Assembly (NCBI GenBank): GCA_039794565.1 | Contig: JAUQVX010000012.1 | Location: 807 to 64,806 of the forward strand | From: Gloeomargarita sp. SRBZ-1_bins_9 | GTDB lineage: Bacteria; Cyanobacteriota; Cyanobacteriia; Gloeomargaritales; Gloeomargaritaceae | DNA length: 64,000 nt | Reading direction: 5' to 3' | Made by a program: the position numbers and the translations under genes | Notes under the pieces: generated by a model | What the model saw: only the letters and a program-made list of their open reading frames with translations | What the model was told of the DNA's origin: nothing | Database searches by the model: none | In this document: positions 40,666 to 51,324 of the stretch, one piece after another | Position numbering within the stretch: the first letter of the stretch is position 1 | Layout: every line of letters begins with the position of its first letter

Positions 40666-40875
40666 TCACCGGCGGGAAAGCCGTTGTCCCCCCTGTACCA
40701 GGGCGCCGCTGACCAGGCCCAGGGCAAACCCCAGCGTCAGGACCAGCCCCAGGGGCAAGGGCACCGACTGCCACACCAGCCAGCGCAGGGATACCAAGGC
40801 CACATTTTGGACGGAGAACAAAGCCGTCACCAGCAGCAGCAGGGCCATCAAGATAGCCAGCAATAAGGGTGTCAC
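40666..40875 (-). CDS. LapA / DUF1049 family small membrane protein
   Basis: Two TMs flanking FSVQN...VSL.W..W.S..LPLG. Confidence 0.75.
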   Translation of the reverse strand: MTPLLLAILMALLLLVTALFSVQNVALVSLRWLVWQSVPLPLGLVLTLGFALGLVSGALVQGGQRLSRR

Positions 40876-40972
40876 CGTCGCTGCAACCGCCAGTAGCCCG
40901 GAACGACGCCGGGACGATGGCCCTATTATAGCCTTTAGGTTATGCGCTCCCCGCCTGTCGTGGTGTCGTTAT

Positions 40973-42556
40973 ATGTGGATACTTCCTTTGCTTGCCCAGG
41001 TGACGACCCCCGTTCCCCCAGCGGTGGTGCGACGGATAGTTTTTAGCCCCCAGCCAGTGCGACCCTTGCCGGGCCAGTTGGACGATGTCCTCATGTTTAA
41101 CAGCAACAGCCCGGAAGTCGTGCAGCAGGAGGGCATTTTGCTCTCGACCTTTCCCCCCGAAGGAAAACGGGTACCCCAGGCCCATCTGAACCTACCGTTG
41201 CAGGGGGAATTCACCCTGTTTGCCCACCACATCTTTCGCACCAACAACCCGGAGACCACCCCGACGCTTTTTCTCGGGCTACTGCTGCACAACCCCAGCA
41301 AACAGTATGTGCAGGTGGAGATCAGCCAGGCGGCCAGTTTTCTGAGCACGCCGGAGGCGCCCTTTGTGGATTTACCGTCCTATGTGGACAATGGGCGGGG
41401 CTATATCTACTCCGGGCCGGGGAGCCGCACGATGAATGTGGTGTTACGGGGGATGCGGCAACGGAATTGGCCGGCCAGGGTGGTGCTAGGACCGGGGGAA
41501 TACCGACTGCTAGCCAATTTGCCTATTCCAGCGCCCCGTTTGCCCCGGGCCATTGTGTCCCGTATGACCGTTCCGGCGGAATTGACCTTGACCCAGGGGA
41601 TGGTCGCGGCCTTGCAAAATCCCCCCCTGGTCCAGCCGGATGGCGAACCCCTGCCGGAACCCCCCAGTTACCCCTCCTCCAATGGCCGCTCCACCTTTGC
41701 CCGTTTGCAGAGCGATGGGCCGGTGTATGTGGCTAGTCTGGCCATGTTTGCCCGGCGCACCTGGGATGGGCGGGAACAGGCGCCAACCACCGCCGATTGG
41801 GTACAGTTACTGACTCATGGGGGTCTGGCCGGGCCGCGGGATATTCCCCCCACCCCGTTGCATCTCACCAACGCCCCCCGGTTTTTCTACGGACGGGTGG
41901 CCGGGGTGGCCAAGGGGTCCCGCTGGTCAGGCCGGTTGACGGATGCGGCTGCTGGCCTTAGCTCCCCCCAACCCGATGCTTTAACTATTCCGCCGCCAGG
42001 GCAGGCCTTTTCCTACGGGTTAAGCACCCTCCACCGGGGCACCTTCGGCACGGGTCAAATCCAAAGCGCCCCCTTGTTAGTCCGTTATCCTGATACGGCC
42101 TACCTGGCCCACGGCAATTACGGGGTGCATTACGAGTTGCAACTGCCCCTGTACAACCCCAGTAACTTCCCCCAAACGGTGACCATTTCCCTGCAAAACC
42201 CCCTCAAGGACGACCTACCCCGGGGAGGGTTACAGTTTTTGGACCCGCCGGAACCCCGCATTTTTTTCCGGGGAACGATTCGTTTGCGGTTTCCCGCGGA
42301 TGACGGCACGCCCCAGGTGCGCTATGTCCATGTGGTGAAACAGCGGGGCCAACAGGGGGAACCCCTGGTGACGCTCAACCTGGCGCCCAAGGAACAACGA
42401 CTGGTGGAGGTGGATTACCTGTATCCGCCGGATGCCACGCCGCCCCAGGTGCTGACGGTGCAAACCCTGGCCCCACCGGTGACAGAAACCCCCGTTGCGC
42501 CCACCACCCAACGCCGTCAGGACAAAGCCGGGACGACCGCAGCCCAGGCGCAGTAG
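40973..42556 (+). CDS. DUF3370 family protein
   Basis: PLPGQLD.V.MFNSNSPE, GILLSTFP, FAHH, AHGNYGV.Y, FFRGT, PPDATPPQVLTV; upstream ORF extension is antisense to petC. Confidence 0.88.
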   Translation: MWILPLLAQVTTPVPPAVVRRIVFSPQPVRPLPGQLDDVLMFNSNSPEVVQQEGILLSTFPPEGKRVPQAHLNLPLQGEFTLFAHHIFRTNNPETTPTLFLGLLLHNPSKQYVQVEISQAASFLSTPEAPFVDLPSYVDNGRGYIYSGPGSRTMNVVLRGMRQRNWPARVVLGPGEYRLLANLPIPAPRLPRAIVSRMTVPAELTLTQGMVAALQNPPLVQPDGEPLPEPPSYPSSNGRSTFARLQSDGPVYVASLAMFARRTWDGREQAPTTADWVQLLTHGGLAGPRDIPPTPLHLTNAPRFFYGRVAGVAKGSRWSGRLTDAAAGLSSPQPDALTIPPPGQAFSYGLSTLHRGTFGTGQIQSAPLLVRYPDTAYLAHGNYGVHYELQLPLYNPSNFPQTVTISLQNPLKDDLPRGGLQFLDPPEPRIFFRGTIRLRFPADDGTPQVRYVHVVKQRGQQGEPLVTLNLAPKEQRLVEVDYLYPPDATPPQVLTVQTLAPPVTETPVAPTTQRRQDKAGTTAAQAQ

Positions 42557-43431
42557 TGACTGCTCATTCCCCAGTCCACGCCGGGGTGGAGGATTTCCGC
42601 CAGGATGGCCAGGGACTCCACCAGCCGAGGGCCGGGACGGTTGAAAAAAGCGTTGCCATCGACAGCGTACACCCGACCCCTCTGCACGGTTCGTAGGGTT
42701 CCCCAGGGATAGGGGGAGGTGGCCCATTCCTGGAGGGTGCGCGCCAGGTCAAACCCACAGGGCATCAACACCACCACATCTGGGTCAGCCGCCACCACTT
42801 GTTCCCAGGTCAGCCAGGGGGAATGGGCACCCGCCGTCGCCAGTAGGGGTTCTCCGCCCGCCAGTTCCACCAGTTCTGGCACCCAGTTCCCGGCGCTCAT
42901 CAACGGCTGGAGCCATTCCACACACAGCACTCGGGGGCGCGGTAAACCCGCTACGGACTTGCCAATGGCCGTCATCCTGTGCAGCAGCTTTTGTACCACC
43001 GGCTGGGCGTCCACCCCTAGGCATTCCCCTACTTTGAGCATATCCCGCCAAACCTGGGCGAGGGTGCGAGGTTCCAGAGAGATCACCTGGGGGACTGGTT
43101 GTAACTGGGTTGCTATTGCAGCGACCACCTCGTTTAAACTGACGGCGCACACCTCACACTGGGCTTGGGTGAGCAGGTGAGTAGGCCGCAGGGAACGCAG
43201 GACCTCCCAGCGTACGTCGTACACGCTCACCGCCGTTTGCAACAGGGCCGTCACCTGGTCGTGGATGGCCTGGCTGTCCCCCTGGGGGTTGAATTTGGGG
43301 GCAGTGCAGATGGGCAAGGAGACCACTTCAGGCGGATAGTCACACCCGTGGGAACGCCCCACCAAGTCCGGCAGCAACCCCAAGGCGTGGACGATTTCCG
43401 TGGCGCTGGGCAAGAGGGAAACCAATCGCAT
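42517..43431 (-). CDS. Cobalamin/Fe-siderophore-type ABC substrate-binding protein (BtuF-like)
   Basis: RLVSLLPSATEI, VGRSH.CDYP, TQAQCEVCAV, GNWVPEL, NRPGPRL. Confidence 0.85.
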   Translation of the reverse strand: MRLVSLLPSATEIVHALGLLPDLVGRSHGCDYPPEVVSLPICTAPKFNPQGDSQAIHDQVTALLQTAVSVYDVRWEVLRSLRPTHLLTQAQCEVCAVSLNEVVAAIATQLQPVPQVISLEPRTLAQVWRDMLKVGECLGVDAQPVVQKLLHRMTAIGKSVAGLPRPRVLCVEWLQPLMSAGNWVPELVELAGGEPLLATAGAHSPWLTWEQVVAADPDVVVLMPCGFDLARTLQEWATSPYPWGTLRTVQRGRVYAVDGNAFFNRPGPRLVESLAILAEILHPGVDWGMSSHYCAWAAVVPALS

Positions 43432-43466
43432 GGGCGCACCCGGCTATGCTAAAACTAGGCTAAGCA

Positions 43467-43841
43467 ATGGCGCGGGAAACGGCTATGGCGATCAACGTGG
43501 TTTCCTTGGTGGGACGGGTGGGGCGCGATCCCGACATCAAATACTTTGAATCCGGCAGCGTCAAGTGCAACTTCAGCCTGGCGGTCAACCGGCGGTCCAA
43601 GCGCAATGACGAGCCGGATTGGTTTGAGCTGGAAGTCTGGGGCAAAACGGCGGAAATTGCCGGCAATTACGTGCGCAAGGGGAGTCTCATCGGCGTCAAG
43701 GGGTCCATCAAATGTGAGCGCTGGACGGACCGCAACACCGGGGAAGAGCGGCAACGGTTTTTGATCCGGGTAGACCAATTGGATTTGTTGGGAAGTCGCC
43801 GTGACGAAACCCCTAATGACCTGGAGGAGGACCTGGGGTGA
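43467..43841 (+). CDS. ssb: Single-stranded DNA-binding protein
   Basis: NVVSLVGRVGRDP, DWFELEVWGK.AE, YVRKGSLIGV.G; acidic tail; ATG at 43467 or 43485. Confidence 0.95.
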   Translation: MARETAMAINVVSLVGRVGRDPDIKYFESGSVKCNFSLAVNRRSKRNDEPDWFELEVWGKTAEIAGNYVRKGSLIGVKGSIKCERWTDRNTGEERQRFLIRVDQLDLLGSRRDETPNDLEEDLG

Positions 43842-44614
43842 ACCTGGCCCTAGGGCTATGGGTGATCCTACTGGGGGCTTGCGTTGGCAGTTTTTTGAAT
43901 GTGGTGGTGTACCGGGTACCCCGGGGCTTGTCTCTTTGGCAGCCGCCGTCCCACTGTCCCCATTGTCAAACCCCCCTGCGTCCCTGGGAAAACGTGCCAG
44001 TGCTGGGATGGCTGGGGCTGCGGGGACGGTGTAGTCACTGTGGGGTGCCCATCTCTCCCCGTTATCCCCTGGTGGAATTGACAACGGCCCTGTGGTTTGC
44101 CCTAGTCTGGTGGCGCTTCGGGGTGAGTGATGACACGGTGGCGGCGGCCCTGTTGGGGAGCTGGCTGCTGGCTCTGGCGCTGATTGACCTGGACACCTTG
44201 ACCCTGCCGGACAGCCTGTTGAAATCGGGTTTGGTGATCGGACTGGTGTGGCAGGGGCTACGGGGCTGGCCGGATTTCTACGCCGGGGTGTTGGGGATGG
44301 TTGTTGGCCTGTGGTTGTTAGACAGCCTGGGCTGGGTGGCCTCTGTGGTCATGGGACAACCGGCGCTGGGGGGTGGCGACCCAAAACTGGCGGCCATGTT
44401 GGGGGCTTGGCTCCAGGGACCGGCGCTGGCGGTGGCCTTGTTTCTGGCGGTGCTGACCGGAGCAGTGGTGGGGGTCGCCGGCCGTTGCACCGGACGATTG
44501 CAGCCGGGTCAACCCATGCCCTTCGGTCCCTTTTTGGCGCTGGGGGGCGCGGTGGCGGTGCTCTGGGGGGAAACCCTGTGGCGCGGCTATTGGCAATGGC
44601 TACAGATGGCTTGA
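43838..44614 (+). CDS. pilD: Prepilin peptidase / N-methyltransferase
   Basis: GSFLNVV.YR, S.CP.C, GRC..C...IS..YP, IDLD, GGGD.KL.A, PFGPFL. Confidence 0.95.
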   Translation: MNLALGLWVILLGACVGSFLNVVVYRVPRGLSLWQPPSHCPHCQTPLRPWENVPVLGWLGLRGRCSHCGVPISPRYPLVELTTALWFALVWWRFGVSDDTVAAALLGSWLLALALIDLDTLTLPDSLLKSGLVIGLVWQGLRGWPDFYAGVLGMVVGLWLLDSLGWVASVVMGQPALGGGDPKLAAMLGAWLQGPALAVALFLAVLTGAVVGVAGRCTGRLQPGQPMPFGPFLALGGAVAVLWGETLWRGYWQWLQMA

Positions 44615-44745
44615 GGAGGCAAACGTGCTAAGATGAAGGCCAAGGCAGGGAATGCTTAGCCGAGCCCCCACGGACGTTCGCTCTTTCGGGTTTGCCTAAA
44701 TTTACCGATTGACCTGTGGTCTAATCTGGCGGGAGTGATGGTGGC

Positions 44746-46866
44746 GTGATTCGGCATCGCTGGCGATGGCTGGTGGGTGTGGCGGTCCTGGTGGTGCTGG
44801 GCGGCTGGGTCTGGCGGCCAGGTCGTCCTAGGGTGGCATCCCCACCGACAACTGAATCGGCGGATTTGGGTGCCCTCAAGCCCCTAGTGCCCAAGCCCCC
44901 CCCAGCCCGGCGTCAGACACTCACCCAGTTAAGTAGTCAAGGGAAAGGCGTTGACCGTCAGCGAGCTAAGTATTTACTGGCGGTGGATTCTCTAGAGGCG
45001 GGGGACCCGCAGCAGGCATTGCAGTTGTTGCAGGGGCTAGAGAAGGACTATCCGGTGCTGTCGGCCCAGGTGCTCTGGCAGCAGGCGCGGGCGTACCAGA
45101 AAAAGGGGAACTTACCGGCGGCCCAACGGCGGTGGCAGCAGATTGTGGAGCAACACCCGGACCAAGCCCTGGCGGCAGAGGCCTTGTTGGCCCTGGGACG
45201 CCCCGAGGAAGCGAAACAACGCTATCCGGCCCATCCCCAGGTGGTGGCGTGGGTGCAAAAGGCCCTGGAAAAACAACCCCATGACCGGGAGTCGCTCTTG
45301 CATCTGGCACGGCACGGCCTGCATTTGCCTAATCTCACGGCCTATTTGGACCGTTTGGTACATGTGCATCGGGCAGGCCTGACCCCGGAGGAATGGCAGG
45401 ACATTGCCTTTGCCTATTGGGAAAAGCAGCAGTACTTGAAGGCGGGCCGGGCCTATTTGCTGGCGCCCCTGACGGTGGAGAATCTCTACCGGGCGGCCCG
45501 GGGGCACCAACTGGGAGGCCAGGTCACCGAGGCGGTGGGCTATTACCAGGATTTGGTGCGGCAGTTCGGGGAGAGTGACCAGGCGATCTTGGCTCTGTAC
45601 CACCTATCCCATTTGGCGCCGGCCCCCCAGCGGGATTTATATTTCCAGCAGTTACAACAGCGGGATAACGAACGGGCGGCGCGGGTGCTGTGGGAGCGGT
45701 TGCCCCTTTGGGAACGGGCAGGCCAAGCCCAGCGGGTGAGTCAAGTGCGTACGGAATTGCTGGCCCGCTACGCCCAGACGGATGCAGCGAGTCGCCTGCG
45801 GTGGGAGTTGGCCTGGGCGGAACAGCAACGGGGTCGCTTGCGGCAGGCAATGCATTTTGCTGAGGGGATTTGGCAGCACACGCCCCAAAGTGATCTGGCG
45901 CCGCGGGCCGGATTTTGGTTAGCGGAATGGGCTAGGGAACTGGGGGAAACGGCTCAAGCCAAAACCCTCTACCGGCAAGTCATCGAACGCTACCCCGAGT
46001 CCTACTACGCCTGGCGGGCGGCGCTACGCCTGGGCTGGCCGGTGGGGGATTTCTCCGGGATTGTGCAGGCGCAACCCCCGGTGCAATTCCAACGCATGAC
46101 CTTGGCCCTGTTGAAGGGGTCGCCGGCGCTACAGGAGCTCTATCGCCTGGGGGAGTACGAGGACGCCTGGGACCAGTGGCAGGTGGAATTCACCGCCCGG
46201 CAGCACCCCACCCTGGCGGACCAACTCACGGACGGGGTGTTGCGGGTGGGCATTGGCGACCGGCTGGAGGGGCTATTTATGCTCTCAACCTTGGAGCGAC
46301 GGGTGCAAACCCCCGAAGACCGACAGCAGTACGAACAGGTGCGGCGGCAACCGGCCTACTGGCAAGCTTTGTATCCTTTGGCCTATTGGTCGGAGGTGCA
46401 GCAGGCGGCCAAGCAGCATGGGTTAAATCCCCTGCTGGTGACGGCTGTGATCCGCCAGGAGTCCCGCTTTGAGCCGGAGATTGTCTCCAGTGCGGGGGCG
46501 GTGGGCCTGATGCAGGTGCTGCCGGAAACGGGGAATTGGATTGCGGAAAAACTCCAGCGCTCCCCCTTTGACCTCACCCAGCCCTGGGAGAATTTGCTGG
46601 CGGGGACCTGGTTTTTGCACTACACTAATGGTCTATATCACCACAACGGGCTGCTGGCGGTGGCCAGTTATAACGCCGGGCCGGGGAATGTGGACGCCTG
46701 GGTGCAGCGTTTTGGCCAGGGGGATTGGGACGCGTTTGTGGAAAATATCCCGTTTCCCGAGACCCAGGACTACGTGCGTCAAGTGTTCGGCAATTACTGG
46801 AATTACCTGCGCCTGTACAACCCGGAGGTGTGTCAGCGGATAAACCCCCATCTGTGTGGGTCGTGA
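44746..46866 (+). CDS. Soluble lytic transglycosylase with TPR-like superhelix
   Basis: N-terminal TM, TPR-like repeats, IRQESRF, GAVGLMQ, SYNAGPG, IPFPET..YV. Confidence 0.93.
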   Translation: MIRHRWRWLVGVAVLVVLGGWVWRPGRPRVASPPTTESADLGALKPLVPKPPPARRQTLTQLSSQGKGVDRQRAKYLLAVDSLEAGDPQQALQLLQGLEKDYPVLSAQVLWQQARAYQKKGNLPAAQRRWQQIVEQHPDQALAAEALLALGRPEEAKQRYPAHPQVVAWVQKALEKQPHDRESLLHLARHGLHLPNLTAYLDRLVHVHRAGLTPEEWQDIAFAYWEKQQYLKAGRAYLLAPLTVENLYRAARGHQLGGQVTEAVGYYQDLVRQFGESDQAILALYHLSHLAPAPQRDLYFQQLQQRDNERAARVLWERLPLWERAGQAQRVSQVRTELLARYAQTDAASRLRWELAWAEQQRGRLRQAMHFAEGIWQHTPQSDLAPRAGFWLAEWARELGETAQAKTLYRQVIERYPESYYAWRAALRLGWPVGDFSGIVQAQPPVQFQRMTLALLKGSPALQELYRLGEYEDAWDQWQVEFTARQHPTLADQLTDGVLRVGIGDRLEGLFMLSTLERRVQTPEDRQQYEQVRRQPAYWQALYPLAYWSEVQQAAKQHGLNPLLVTAVIRQESRFEPEIVSSAGAVGLMQVLPETGNWIAEKLQRSPFDLTQPWENLLAGTWFLHYTNGLYHHNGLLAVASYNAGPGNVDAWVQRFGQGDWDAFVENIPFPETQDYVRQVFGNYWNYLRLYNPEVCQRINPHLCGS

Positions 46867-47708
46867 AACGGCAGCGGTACTGGTTCTGGCGCGGCTATCG
46901 GGTGCGCTACACCTACCACAACAGTCGGGGGGAGGGGTTGCCCTTGCTGCTGGTGCATGGGTTTGGGGCGGCCCTGGAGCATTGGCGGTACAACTTGCCG
47001 GTGCTGGGGGAACACTACCCGGTCTATGCTCTGGATTTGTTGGGGTTTGGTCAGGCGGAAAAGGCGGCGGCAGCCTACGGCGTGCGGTTGTGGGTGGCCC
47101 AGTTGTACGAGTTCTGGCGGGCGTTTATCGGGGAGCCGGTGGGCCTGGTGGGCCATTCCCTAGGGGCGTTGGTGGCCTTGACGGCGGCGGTGGCCCATCC
47201 CGAGATGGTGCGACGGTTGGCCCTGTTGAGTTTGCCGGAGGGACGGCCTGCCCTGCCGGTGGCGGTGCAGTGGCTGGGGAGTCTGGAGCGTCTGCTGATA
47301 CCGGTGGTGACCTGGCCCCTGTTTTATCTGCTGCGGCAACCGGTGGTCATCCGGTGGGTCTGTCGCACCCAGGTCTATCACCACCCAGGGGCGGTCAACG
47401 ACGAACTGGTGCGGATGTTTGCCCAGCCGGCCTACGACCGGGATGCGGGGTGGACCCTATGCCGTTTGGCCCAAGCCAGTACCCGTCCGGGCTATGCACC
47501 ACGGGTGGCGCCCTTACTGGCAGGCTTGTCAGTCCCCACGTTGCTGATTTGGGGGACCTATGACCGGCTGGTGCCCGTTCGTCGGGGGCGGCACTGGGTG
47601 CAGCAATTTCCCCACCTGCGCTGGGTGGAACTGCCGGCAGGCCATTGCCCCCAAGATGAGGCGCCGGTAGCGGTCAACGAGTTGTTGGATGAATGGTTCC
47701 GTGGGTGA
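46863..47708 (+). CDS. Alpha/beta hydrolase
   Basis: LLVHGFG, DLLGFG, GHSLG nucleophile elbow, GHCPQDE; GTG overlaps upstream stop. Confidence 0.9.
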   Translation: MKRQRYWFWRGYRVRYTYHNSRGEGLPLLLVHGFGAALEHWRYNLPVLGEHYPVYALDLLGFGQAEKAAAAYGVRLWVAQLYEFWRAFIGEPVGLVGHSLGALVALTAAVAHPEMVRRLALLSLPEGRPALPVAVQWLGSLERLLIPVVTWPLFYLLRQPVVIRWVCRTQVYHHPGAVNDELVRMFAQPAYDRDAGWTLCRLAQASTRPGYAPRVAPLLAGLSVPTLLIWGTYDRLVPVRRGRHWVQQFPHLRWVELPAGHCPQDEAPVAVNELLDEWFRG

Positions 47709-47766
47709 CCGGCCTATGGCACAATGGGACTGACTGCGCCGACTGTAATCCGAAGAGGTAAAAACG

Positions 47767-49767
47767 ATGACGGTTGCTGCCCCCCCTTCGATCGAACAAT
47801 TGGCCATTAACACCATTCGCTTCCTGGCGGTGGATGCCGTCCAAAAGGCCAAGTCGGGTCACCCGGGCCTGCCGATGGGGGCGGCACCCATGGCCTATGT
47901 GCTCTGGCAAGAATTTCTTAAATTTAATCCCCGTAACCCCAAGTGGCCGGACCGGGACCGCTTTGTCCTGTCGGCGGGGCACGGCTGCATGCTGCAATAC
48001 GCCCTGTTGCACTTGACAGGCTACGACGTGACTTTAGAGGACATTAAGCAGTTTCGGCAGTGGGGGTCGAAAACACCGGGGCACCCGGAAAACTTTGAGA
48101 CGCCGGGGGTGGAGGTGACCACTGGACCTTTGGGGCAAGGGGTTGGCAATGCCGTGGGGTTGGCGATTGCGGAGGCGCATTTGGCGGCCCGGTTCAATAA
48201 GCCTGGCCACACCATCGTGGACCACTACACCTATGTAATCCTTGGCGACGGCTGTCAGATGGAGGGGGTAGCGGCGGAGGCGGCCTCCTTGGCGGGCCAC
48301 CTGAAGCTGGGTAAGCTGATTATGCTCTATGACAGCAACCACATCTCTATTGATGGGAATACGGCGATCGCCTTTACGGAGGATGTGGCCAAGCGCTACG
48401 AAGCCTATGGGTGGCACGTGCAAAAGGTGGAGGACGGCAACCATGACCTGCCGGCGATTCGGGCGGCTATTGCCCAAGCCAAGGCGGTCACGGATAAACC
48501 GTCGCTGATCATTGTGGAGACGACGATTGGCTATGGGTCGCCCAACAAGGCGGGGACGGAGGCGGTGCATGGGGCGCCCCTGGGGCCGGAGGAGGTGAAA
48601 TTGACCAAACAGAATTTGGGCTGGCCCCTGGAGCCGGAGTTTTATATTCCCGATGAGGTGCTCCGGCATTTCCGGCAGGCGATTGACAAGGGGGCGAAGG
48701 CGGAGGCGGAGTGGCAGGCCCGGTTTGCGGCTTATAAGCAGGCCTATCCCGAGGAGGCGGCGGAATTTGAGCGGATCATGCGGGGGGACCTGCCGGCGGG
48801 TTGGCAAGAGGCCTTGGCCCCCATTGCCGAAACGGGAAAAGAATCCACCCGTAACATCTCCAAGCTGTGTTTGAATGCGTTGGCCCAGGCGATTCCGGAA
48901 TTCCTGGGGGGGTCGGCGGATTTGGCCCATTCCAACATGACCTACCTCAAGGGGCTGCCGGAATTCCAGGCGGGGTCCTACCACGGGCGGAATTTCCGTT
49001 TCGGGGTGCGGGAGCATGCCATGGGAGCCATTGCCAACGGGATGGCCCTGCACGGAGGTTTAATTCCCTACGACGCCACGTTTTTGGTCTTCAGCGATTA
49101 CATGCGTCCGGCGATTCGTCTGTCGGCCCTGTCGCGGGCGCGGGTTTTGCACATCATGACCCACGATTCGGTGGCCCTAGGGGAGGATGGCCCCACCCAC
49201 CAGCCGATAGAAACCCTGTCGTCGTTGCGGTTGATTCCGAACCTGTATGTGATTCGGCCGGCGGATGCCCGGGAGACGGTGGGGGCGTATCAGGTGGCGT
49301 TGCAGGCGCGGGAGACGCCGTCGGTGTTGGTGTTTACCCGGCAGGCGGTCAATCCGGTGCCCGGTACGTCTCCGGAGGGGGTGGCCAAGGGGGCCTACAT
49401 TGTGGTGGATTGTGGCTGTGACCATCCCGACCTCATCCTCATCGCGACGGGGTCAGAGTTGGAGTTGGCGGTGCAGGCAGCGGCCCGCTTGTCAGGGTAC
49501 AAGGTGCGGGTGGTGTCTATGCCCTGCACGCGCTTGTTTGATGCCCAGCCCCAGGATTACCGGGACCGTATCCTGCCGCCGATGGTGCGCAAGCGGATCG
49601 CCATCGAAGCGGGGGTGACGGATTTCTGGTATAAGTACGTGGGTCTGGACGGCAAGGTGCTGGGGATTGACCGGTTTGGGGCGTCGGCGCCGGGTTCGGT
49701 GTGCATGGAGAAATTCGGCATGACGGTGGACCATCTGGTGCAGGCGGCGCAGGCGCTGTTGGGGTGA
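47767..49767 (+). CDS. tkt: Transketolase
   Basis: [46 protein letters not shown]. Confidence 0.99.
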   Translation: MTVAAPPSIEQLAINTIRFLAVDAVQKAKSGHPGLPMGAAPMAYVLWQEFLKFNPRNPKWPDRDRFVLSAGHGCMLQYALLHLTGYDVTLEDIKQFRQWGSKTPGHPENFETPGVEVTTGPLGQGVGNAVGLAIAEAHLAARFNKPGHTIVDHYTYVILGDGCQMEGVAAEAASLAGHLKLGKLIMLYDSNHISIDGNTAIAFTEDVAKRYEAYGWHVQKVEDGNHDLPAIRAAIAQAKAVTDKPSLIIVETTIGYGSPNKAGTEAVHGAPLGPEEVKLTKQNLGWPLEPEFYIPDEVLRHFRQAIDKGAKAEAEWQARFAAYKQAYPEEAAEFERIMRGDLPAGWQEALAPIAETGKESTRNISKLCLNALAQAIPEFLGGSADLAHSNMTYLKGLPEFQAGSYHGRNFRFGVREHAMGAIANGMALHGGLIPYDATFLVFSDYMRPAIRLSALSRARVLHIMTHDSVALGEDGPTHQPIETLSSLRLIPNLYVIRPADARETVGAYQVALQARETPSVLVFTRQAVNPVPGTSPEGVAKGAYIVVDCGCDHPDLILIATGSELELAVQAAARLSGYKVRVVSMPCTRLFDAQPQDYRDRILPPMVRKRIAIEAGVTDFWYKYVGLDGKVLGIDRFGASAPGSVCMEKFGMTVDHLVQAAQALLG

Positions 49768-49820
49768 TGGCGACCGCCGGAACTTTGGCATAAACTAGGT
49801 TCTATTTCCGGCGCGCAGGC

Positions 49821-51245
49821 ATGACCGAAAAAACCCTGGCCGGTCGCTACCACATTCTCAAACCCCTGGGGAGTGGGGGATTTGGTCAGACCTTTTTGGC
49901 GGAGGACTGGTTTTTGCCGGGTCGGCCCTGGTGTGTGGTCAAGCAATTGCAGCCCCAGTCTACTAATCCCCAGGTGCTGGAGGTGGCCCGGCGGCTGTTC
50001 AACCGGGAGGCGGAGGTGCTCTACCAACTGGGTTCGACGGTGAGTCGCATCCCCCGGCTGTTGGCCCACTTCGAGCAGGACAATGAGTTTTACCTGGTGC
50101 AGGAGTTCATCGAGGGACACGACCTGAGCCAGGAACTCACCCCCGGCAAAAAATACCCGGAGACCTGGGTGAAGCAGTTTTTGTTAGACGTGCTGGAGGT
50201 GCTTAGTCAAGTGCACCAGCGCAACATCATTCACCGGGACCTCAAACCGGCGAATCTGATGCGGCGGCGCTCGGACGGGCGGATTGTGCTCATTGACTTT
50301 GGGGCGGTCAAGGAGGTGGGCACCCTGATGGCTGACAACCGGGGGGAAACGGCCATCGGCACTCAGATCGGCACCCGGGGCTACATGCCCATCGAACAGT
50401 TCCGGGGCCAGCCGCGCTTAAGCAGCGATGTGTATGCCCTGGGGGTGGTGGCGATTCAAGCCCTGACGGGGCTGCCCCCGAGTCAGATGGAGGACTACGA
50501 TACGGGTGAATTGCACTGGCAACAGCATGCCCAGGTGAGTCCTGCTTTGCGCACGGTGCTGGAAAAGATGGTGCATCCCGACTGGCGGCAGCGCTATCCC
50601 AGTGCGGTGGAGGCCCTGCAGGCGGTGCAGGAACTGACGACGGTCACGCCGGAGGGAGAACCCACTGCGCCCTTGCCGACCCCCATTCCCCCTACGGTTC
50701 CCTTGGCTACAGCTCAGCCCATTGCTGCAACAGTAGAGGCCCCCCGCCAGCCGTCCCGGGGATTGCCCTGTATCGCCTGGGTGTTTATCGGGTTGGGGTT
50801 GCTAGGGGCGGCCTTCGTAGGGTTGATGGTCCTGGTGGCCCTGTTTTACGAGGAATCCCCTTCATCCCCTACAGAGAAACCGACGCCGGTGGTGCGGGAA
50901 TCGCCGGAACCGATGCCTAGCCCGCCGGCCATGGCCCTGTTTGGGGCTATTGCCTACAACAACTTAGATGGGGTGTACGGCTACGGCTATAACTTTCCCG
51001 ACCGGGCCAGTGCGGAAAAGCGGGCCATCCAGGAGTGCGAGCAGGTCTCGGGCGGCAAGCCCTGTGAAATCCTGGTGTGGTTTCAGAACGCCTGTGGGGC
51101 TTTGGCGCGGGACAGTCGCAACTACGCTGGCGGTGGCTGGGGGGTAACCCCGGAAGTTGCCCAGCAAGAGGCCCTGGCGTCCTGCCAAAGCGTAGGTGGC
51201 GCCGACTGCGTGGTGGTGGAGACCATTTGCACTAAAAAGCCTTAA
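49821..51245 (+). CDS. Ser/Thr protein kinase with TM helix and C-terminal DUF4189-like domain
   Basis: GSGGFG, IHRDLKPAN, DFG; TM; FGAIAY...GYG, A.K.AI..C...C......NACGALA, A...AL..C...C (six Cys). Confidence 0.92.
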   Translation: MTEKTLAGRYHILKPLGSGGFGQTFLAEDWFLPGRPWCVVKQLQPQSTNPQVLEVARRLFNREAEVLYQLGSTVSRIPRLLAHFEQDNEFYLVQEFIEGHDLSQELTPGKKYPETWVKQFLLDVLEVLSQVHQRNIIHRDLKPANLMRRRSDGRIVLIDFGAVKEVGTLMADNRGETAIGTQIGTRGYMPIEQFRGQPRLSSDVYALGVVAIQALTGLPPSQMEDYDTGELHWQQHAQVSPALRTVLEKMVHPDWRQRYPSAVEALQAVQELTTVTPEGEPTAPLPTPIPPTVPLATAQPIAATVEAPRQPSRGLPCIAWVFIGLGLLGAAFVGLMVLVALFYEESPSSPTEKPTPVVRESPEPMPSPPAMALFGAIAYNNLDGVYGYGYNFPDRASAEKRAIQECEQVSGGKPCEILVWFQNACGALARDSRNYAGGGWGVTPEVAQQEALASCQSVGGADCVVVETICTKKP

Positions 51246-51324
51246 AACGTCCCCATCCGGCTGACGGGTAACGTAGTATTAATAGAGTGAATACCGTTCA
51301 GGGCAAAGGGTAAGGAATAGAAAA

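Noticed and set aside
40349-40972. 208-aa N-terminal extension of the DUF3370 ORF
   Set aside because: Antisense to petC and the LapA-like gene, not protein-like; ATG at 40973 gives a normal start.
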